From NCBI GenBank assembly GCA_963719515.1, contig CAVRCJ010000014.1:32001-96000 (forward strand): 64,000 bases of DNA, given 5' to 3'. Under the pieces are notes generated by a model, which was not told where the DNA came from, did no database searches, and saw only the letters and a list, made by a program, of their open reading frames with translations. The position numbers and the translations under genes are program-made. The DNA is from an uncultured cyanobacterium (GTDB lineage Bacteria; Cyanobacteriota; Cyanobacteriia; CAKZMO01). Shown here one piece after another: positions 58,751-64,000 of this stretch; position 1 is the stretch's first letter, and the number at the start of each line of letters is the position of its first letter.

Positions 58751-58894
58751 AGATCTTGCTTTGTTACGACGCTACAGGCCGTAATTAGTTTAATCGCGAT
58801 TGGGGGAGCTAGGGGCAGAGTCTTTAAAATTAGTAACTACAAATACAGACGTCTCGGGTGCTGTGGCCTCGACACCGCCCCCTCAAGCACTGGT

Positions 58895-60172
58895 CTAGTA
58901 CAGGGATAGGGTGTCAGCAGGGTCGGGGGCAAAGGCCAACCAGAGGGGAAACTGCAGCAGCGACAGACTGACTTTGTCTTCCCCCTCGTCAATTAAAATC
59001 AGGGGCATTTGGTCCTGTGCCACCAGTCTCTCAGCCCTTTGGGCCAGCGCTTCCGGCGCTTCAAACAGCACCACACCCCGCTGGGCTCCAAAATCGGTGC
59101 GAGAAATGCCTAAGCAATCCTGCAGTCCTCGCCGCCATTCCCCAAGTCGCTCTGGGGAGTCTCCCAAGATTAGGGCACGAATGCGATCGCCATGGATTTC
59201 CCGGAGCGCTGAGATGGCGGCTGACGCAATCAGCACGTTTTGCAGACGGGAGCCCATGGTCTTGATAGCGCCCCGCTGCCCGAGGTCGAAAAACCACTGG
59301 GAGACCCGCTCGGCGTGGACGGGCTCAAATGTACGCCTAAGCTGCCAAGGGCGTCCGTAATAGTTGGGCATCGTGCGGTACTGCTCTAAGAGCTGTCGGA
59401 TGCGCTCCTGTAGGTCATCAGATGTGCCATCAGGGGGTGCAACGCTGGTCTGGGGTCGGGCTTCATCGCGGCGTGGTGGCGCTTCATCTAGAGGGGGTGA
59501 GAGCCGCAGGGCGCGTGAGGACCGGGATGGCGATCGCGAGGACCGCTGGGCCGAGGGGGGGCGCTGTCGCAGCGGCGCTGGATCTACCTCGGGCGCTGCC
59601 TCAGCCAACGCCCGAGGGCCGGCCTTCGGCTGCTGCCGGGGTAACGCCTGGCCAGTAGGACCCACTGAGCTGCCGGAAGCGCCCAACTCTAGCTGCTCAG
59701 CCGTCGTCGCCAAGTCCTGTAGGCTGCCCACCAAGTATTCCTTAAAGCCCTGAACCCGCACTGCCAAATCTTGAGATACGCCTACGAAGCTTTTGCGCAT
59801 CTCCGCCTGGATTCTCTCCTGCCGTCGCTCTAATTGGTCAACGGAGGTCTGCAGCGATTTCCGGCGCTGCTCAAGTTCCGTCAATCCGCTCTCTACAAGC
59901 TGGGTTACAGCAGCCTGAAGGCCCTGGGCCTGCTCTTCAACTAGGCGATTGCGAGTCTCTTGCAGCTCAGCAATCTCTTGCCTTAGGGCCTGAACCTGCC
60001 GCTGCAGGTCACGGGAGGCAGCGTCTCCCGGGCTGGGGGCAGGGCTACTCGCCGAATGAGCTGTTGAAGAGGCTGGAGGGCGGAGGGAGGGCCCTAAGCT
60101 TGATGAAGCGGTTGTCCCAGCATTCGGGGCAGTGTTGTCCGTCTTTCCAGCCGGATCTAGCGGCTCAATCAT
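58895..60172 (-). CDS. DUF3086-like coiled-coil protein
   Basis: Coiled coil followed by YYGRPWQLRRTFEP, SPERLGEWRRGLQDCLG; lies upstream of plsY. Confidence 0.8.
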   Translation of the reverse strand: MIEPLDPAGKTDNTAPNAGTTASSSLGPSLRPPASSTAHSASSPAPSPGDAASRDLQRQVQALRQEIAELQETRNRLVEEQAQGLQAAVTQLVESGLTELEQRRKSLQTSVDQLERRQERIQAEMRKSFVGVSQDLAVRVQGFKEYLVGSLQDLATTAEQLELGASGSSVGPTGQALPRQQPKAGPRALAEAAPEVDPAPLRQRPPSAQRSSRSPSRSSRALRLSPPLDEAPPRRDEARPQTSVAPPDGTSDDLQERIRQLLEQYRTMPNYYGRPWQLRRTFEPVHAERVSQWFFDLGQRGAIKTMGSRLQNVLIASAAISALREIHGDRIRALILGDSPERLGEWRRGLQDCLGISRTDFGAQRGVVLFEAPEALAQRAERLVAQDQMPLILIDEGEDKVSLSLLQFPLWLAFAPDPADTLSLY

Positions 60173-60207
60173 GAGAACTCTCGAGTGCGGTAGTTGTAAC
60201 GGTTGGC

Positions 60208-60657
60208 CTAAGGCGCTTTAGAGGGATCAGCGGCGTCGTCATTGGGACGTTCGGAGGGCGGCGGGTCGTAGGGGAGGTGATGGCCCTCTAGCTCCGCTCG
60301 CAGCTGAGCCGCGTTGAACAAAACGGGCAGGAAATGGATGCTGTTGACTTCCCTAAAGTAAAGCAGAATCGGTACAGGTCCCCAAAAGATGCGCCAGCTC
60401 TGCCAGTCGCGGTAGGGAAAGCGACGGATCAAGCTATCGGTGCGATAAATATCGAGGTCTGTCGCGGTGAAGGTGAGGCGCAGCGTTGCGGCCTGAACCA
60501 GTAAGAAGCAGGCAAATAGCGCGATCGCCAGGCTCAGCCAGGGCGAGAGCAGCAGCAGGGGGATTGCCAGTAAGCCCAGCCCGATAGGCAGGCTGTAGCT
60601 AGGGGCCAGCTGTGTCGCGTTGCTAGCGGCGTCAGTTGGAGCGGGGTTAACTACCAT
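60208..60657 (-). CDS. DUF3119-like membrane protein
   Basis: RRFPY.DWQSWRIFW..VPILLYFREVNSIHFLP. Confidence 0.8.
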   Translation of the reverse strand: MVVNPAPTDAASNATQLAPSYSLPIGLGLLAIPLLLLSPWLSLAIALFACFLLVQAATLRLTFTATDLDIYRTDSLIRRFPYRDWQSWRIFWGPVPILLYFREVNSIHFLPVLFNAAQLRAELEGHHLPYDPPPSERPNDDAADPSKAP

Positions 60658-60875
60658 AGGTCAAACGAGCTATAAGTCAAGCGGGCATAGGGCTGTAAGG
60701 GTAGGGCGCTCATCTATTAAGCGTTATTATCCATTAAGCGTTATGGAATCTAAGCGTTACGGAGTTCTGTCGTCGCAGGGTCGTCTCGTAACGAGGCGGA
60801 CCGAACCCGAATCATCCCAAACACTATCCTAACGAAGAAAGCACTTGACCTACCGCAGCGGCGCTAAATCAAGCC

Positions 60876-61673
60876 TTAAAGACCTGTGGCGGCAGTTCCA
60901 GTGCCCTGAAACATAAGCCACGACATAATGAAATTGGTGATAAAGATCATCAACAGCGCCGTGACCACCGAGGCCGTTGTCGATTGGCCAACGCCTTTCG
61001 CGCCGCCGGTTGTCGTCAGCCCCCAGCTCGCCCCAATAATGGCAATAATGGCCCCGAATACAACTGATTTGATGACGACGCTAATTAAATCCCAGGTGCC
61101 TAAGAAGCTGCGGGCTGACTGTAGAAAAACGGCGTAGGAAATGCCGTAAAGGCTATCTGCCAAAATCATCCCCCCGGCCATCCCCGTTATAAATGACCAC
61201 AGGCTGAGGATAGGGACCATGATGCAGCAGGCCAATACGCGGGGCAGCACCAGGTAGTCGACGGGGTCGGTTTTCAGCATCTGTAATGCATCAATCTGTT
61301 CCGTGACGACCATCGTTCCAATTTCTGCCGCAAAGGCCGACCCAACGCGCCCCGCAACGATAATTGCCGTCAAAACGGGCGTCAGTTCTCGGATCAGGGC
61401 AACCGCCAGTACGCCGCCTACGGCGGTGCTCGCCCCGAAGTTGATAAATTCGCGGGCAACCTGAATGGTGAACACCATGCCGACCGTCGCAGCCGTCATC
61501 AGGGTAATCAAGAGAGAATCTGGCCCTACTGACGCGAGCTGGTCAAGGGTGTTGCGCCGGTGAATGCGTCCGCCCATCAGGTGTATAACCACCTGCCCCC
61601 CCAGAAAGACAGAGGCGATCAGCCGCCGAACCCAAGTCAACAAACCAAGCGATGTGATGACTGACTGACTCAT
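60876..61673 (-). CDS. mlaE: MlaE family lipid ABC transporter permease
   Basis: RELTPVLTA, GRVGSAFAAEIGTM..TEQIDAL, GGAKGVG. Confidence 0.93.
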   Translation of the reverse strand: MSQSVITSLGLLTWVRRLIASVFLGGQVVIHLMGGRIHRRNTLDQLASVGPDSLLITLMTAATVGMVFTIQVAREFINFGASTAVGGVLAVALIRELTPVLTAIIVAGRVGSAFAAEIGTMVVTEQIDALQMLKTDPVDYLVLPRVLACCIMVPILSLWSFITGMAGGMILADSLYGISYAVFLQSARSFLGTWDLISVVIKSVVFGAIIAIIGASWGLTTTGGAKGVGQSTTASVVTALLMIFITNFIMSWLMFQGTGTAATGL

Positions 61674-61785
61674 AAAGAATAAAAGCGAATTTTAGAAAGA
61701 TTTAAGATTCTTGTCATCCAGCCTACTTGCCCAGCGATTGCGCCTATCTTAAGAAAGTATAGAGAAGAGGTGTCACATCGGAATT

Positions 61786-62067
61786 ATGACTCACTTTACG
61801 AGATCGCTTCTGATAACCGGGGTATTGGGCTGCTCGCTGCCCACTCTTCTTATCGGTAGCGGATTGCTTAGCGCCTTGGCTCTGAGTCAAATTCCGGTTA
61901 CCGCTAGCATTTGCGAATTTTTCATCGGCTGCATTTTGGATGTCCTGCAGACTTTTGGCGGCGGCAGTCCGATTCAAGGCGTACTGATTATTAGCCTTAC
62001 CGTTGGAAGCGTCGGCGTTTTGTTCAACACATACAATCTGCTCTACCTTTCCCGTCCAATTCGCTGA
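61786..62067 (+). CDS. Small membrane hypothetical protein
   Basis: Hydrophobic, FGGGSPIQG motif. Confidence 0.65.
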   Translation: MTHFTRSLLITGVLGCSLPTLLIGSGLLSALALSQIPVTASICEFFIGCILDVLQTFGGGSPIQGVLIISLTVGSVGVLFNTYNLLYLSRPIR

Positions 62068-62213
62068 TTCCTCCTGCCCTACTCCTCGGCCCCTATCCCT
62101 CAGCCAAGAGACTCAGGACTTGAGAATAGCGGTACCGCATCAGACTACCAATGTCGATTCTGTTCAATACCTTCTATCCTATAGACTGGATAGTCTGAAA
62201 ATGGTAGTTTGCC

Positions 62214-63881
62214 GTGCGTCACTGGCTTCTTGGGATAATTTTTTCTAAAACAAGTGTGTCTCATTTCTCCGAATACCGGCTGGGCCGAATGCTGGCCTCT
62301 CTGGCCGCTTGGCTTGACTCACAGCGTCAAGCGATCGCCCCATCAGGGTGGCTTCGCCTCCGCCGGCAAGCGATAAGCATCCTGGTTTTCCTGTCGATTG
62401 CCCTAGCTTGGTCGCCAGCCGCCCAGGCTCAGCTCGCTGAGGATAGCCTTCTGCAGCCCTACATCGATCGCACCCTCGACCGGATTACAGAATTCTCCCT
62501 CGATAACGGCATCAAGTTTATCGTGTTTGAGCGCCACGACGCGCCTGTAGTGTCTTTTATGACCTACGTCAATGTCGGGGCTGCCGAGGAGACCGACGGT
62601 AAAACGGGGGCGGCTCACTATCTAGAGCACCTAGCGTTTAAGGGCACCAGCCGTATTGGGACCACCGACTACGAGGCCGAAAAGCGACTGCTCGACGATT
62701 TGGACCGAACGTTCGAGCAGCTCAAGGCGGCGCAGGCCGCCGGTGACCCCGAGCGCATCGCCCAGCTCACTGAAGACTTTGAGATCCTCAGCGCCGAGGC
62801 AAGTGAGTACGTCCGTCAAAATGAGCTGCCTCGAATCGTAGAGCAGGCCGGCGGGGTCGGTCTCAATGCCACTACCTCAGCCGACGAGACGCGCTACTTC
62901 TACAGTCTGCCCTCTAATAAGCTGGAGCTTTGGATGTCGCTGGAGTCTGAGCGCTTCCTAGACCCAGTATTTCGCGAGTTCTATGAGGAGAAGGACGTCA
63001 TTCTCGAAGAGCGCCGTCTGCGGGTGGATAACTCTCCTATTGGCAAGATGATCGAGGAGTTTTTGGCCACAGCGTTCGACGTTCATCCTTACCAGCGTCC
63101 GTCCATCGGCTACGAGGCAGATTTGCAGGCTATGGAGCGGGAGGATGTGCAGGCGTTCTTTGAGCGCTACTACATCCCCGATCGGATGACGCTGGTGGTT
63201 GCGGGCGATGTTGATCCCGATGGGGTAAAGCAGCTCGCAGAAACCTACTTCGGTCGCTATCCGGCCCGACCCACTGCGCCTCAGGTGACCGCCGACGAGC
63301 CGGACCAACAGGAGTCCCGCTCCTTTACGCTACGACTGCCCACCCAGCCCTGGTATCTTGAGGGTTACCACCGACCAGGCCTCAGTCATCCAGACCACAC
63401 GGTGTATCAGCTGATCAGCGCTATTTTGTCGAATGGCCGCACCTCTCGGCTGTATCAAAATCTTGTGGAGGGCCAGCAGATTGCGCTGACGGCTCAGGCT
63501 CTCAACGGATTTCCAGGCGATCGCTTCAACAACCTGCTGTTGTTCTATGCGCTGACGGCCCCGGGTCATACGGTTGAGGAGCTAGCGGTTGCGCTCAGCA
63601 GCGAGCTAGAGCGCCTGAAAACTGAGCCCGTAACCCAGCAGGAACTAGACCGAGTTCGAACCCAGGCTCGCGCCGGGCTACTGCGACTGCTGGCTTCGAA
63701 CTCGGGGATGGCAAGCTTACTGGCTGAATACGAAGCAAAGACCGGCAGCTGGCGCAACCTGTTCGACGAGCTGGTCCAAATTGAGGCGGTAACGGCAGAC
63801 GATATCCAACGCGTGGCCCAACAGACCTTTCGGTCTGAGAACCGTACGGTAGGAAAACTCCTGCCGCTCGAAGCGAGCTAA
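62214..63881 (+). CDS. M16 (pitrilysin) family zinc peptidase; true start may be 62289
   Basis: AHYLEHLAFKG (HxxEH), LNATT, EERR. Confidence 0.93.
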   Translation: MRHWLLGIIFSKTSVSHFSEYRLGRMLASLAAWLDSQRQAIAPSGWLRLRRQAISILVFLSIALAWSPAAQAQLAEDSLLQPYIDRTLDRITEFSLDNGIKFIVFERHDAPVVSFMTYVNVGAAEETDGKTGAAHYLEHLAFKGTSRIGTTDYEAEKRLLDDLDRTFEQLKAAQAAGDPERIAQLTEDFEILSAEASEYVRQNELPRIVEQAGGVGLNATTSADETRYFYSLPSNKLELWMSLESERFLDPVFREFYEEKDVILEERRLRVDNSPIGKMIEEFLATAFDVHPYQRPSIGYEADLQAMEREDVQAFFERYYIPDRMTLVVAGDVDPDGVKQLAETYFGRYPARPTAPQVTADEPDQQESRSFTLRLPTQPWYLEGYHRPGLSHPDHTVYQLISAILSNGRTSRLYQNLVEGQQIALTAQALNGFPGDRFNNLLLFYALTAPGHTVEELAVALSSELERLKTEPVTQQELDRVRTQARAGLLRLLASNSGMASLLAEYEAKTGSWRNLFDELVQIEAVTADDIQRVAQQTFRSENRTVGKLLPLEAS

Positions 63882-63909
63882 TTTTACCTTAACTACGATG
63901 ATGCTAGGC

Positions 63910-64000
63910 ATGCAGAAGACGCAGGCAAACCTCTCACGTTGGCACAAACAGCATGGGTACCCCTGGCCCAGCTATTGGCGCAGGTCGGGACTGCTGCGCT
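63910..64000 (+). CDS. Start of next ORF (partial), possibly a second M16 subunit
   Basis: ATG at 63910, open to the window end; product inferred from context only. Confidence 0.35.
   Translation, partial: MQKTQANLSRWHKQHGYPWPSYWRRSGLLR

Noticed and set aside
1..64000. Abundant GCGATCGC as a novel repeat; tRNA or rRNA genes
   Set aside because: GCGATCGC is the known cyanobacterial HIP1; no tRNA or rRNA was recognised by eye.

Overview
GC-rich cyanobacterial chromosome segment; the HIP1 octamer GCGATCGC is abundant and the gene content suggests a filamentous strain. Most of the window is housekeeping: hetF (3' end off-window), a probable 6S RNA, cobK, cobM, a frameshifted mannose-1-P guanylyltransferase/phosphomannomutase, 2-Cys peroxiredoxin, MATE, a HerA-like ATPase, gnd, a VIT/vWA protein, dacB, acr3, katG, a PAS histidine kinase, ppa, psb32, an lpxB-like gene, codA, an ABC-2 exporter, plsY, mlaE and an M16 peptidase. 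Three regions stand out. (1) An accessory island at about 24.3-30.35 kb holds Uma2 relics, an attC-like site, AT-rich cargo genes, brnT with an antitoxin-cargo chimera, two DUF6883/DUF4926-like pairs and a duplicated divergent XRE-HTH/small-protein module. Next to the intact module lies an unannotated non-coding array of 26-bp palindromes with unique 15-16-bp spacers (27457-27675). (2) A coiled-coil/acidic ORF and an Hsp70/actin-fold ORF are joined by a -1 shift at an A10G run (37622-37632), a candidate recoding site. (3) A TnpA-less IS200/IS605 element carries an intact tnpB and a divergent RHH gene. All family assignments come from motif recognition by eye; no searches were run.
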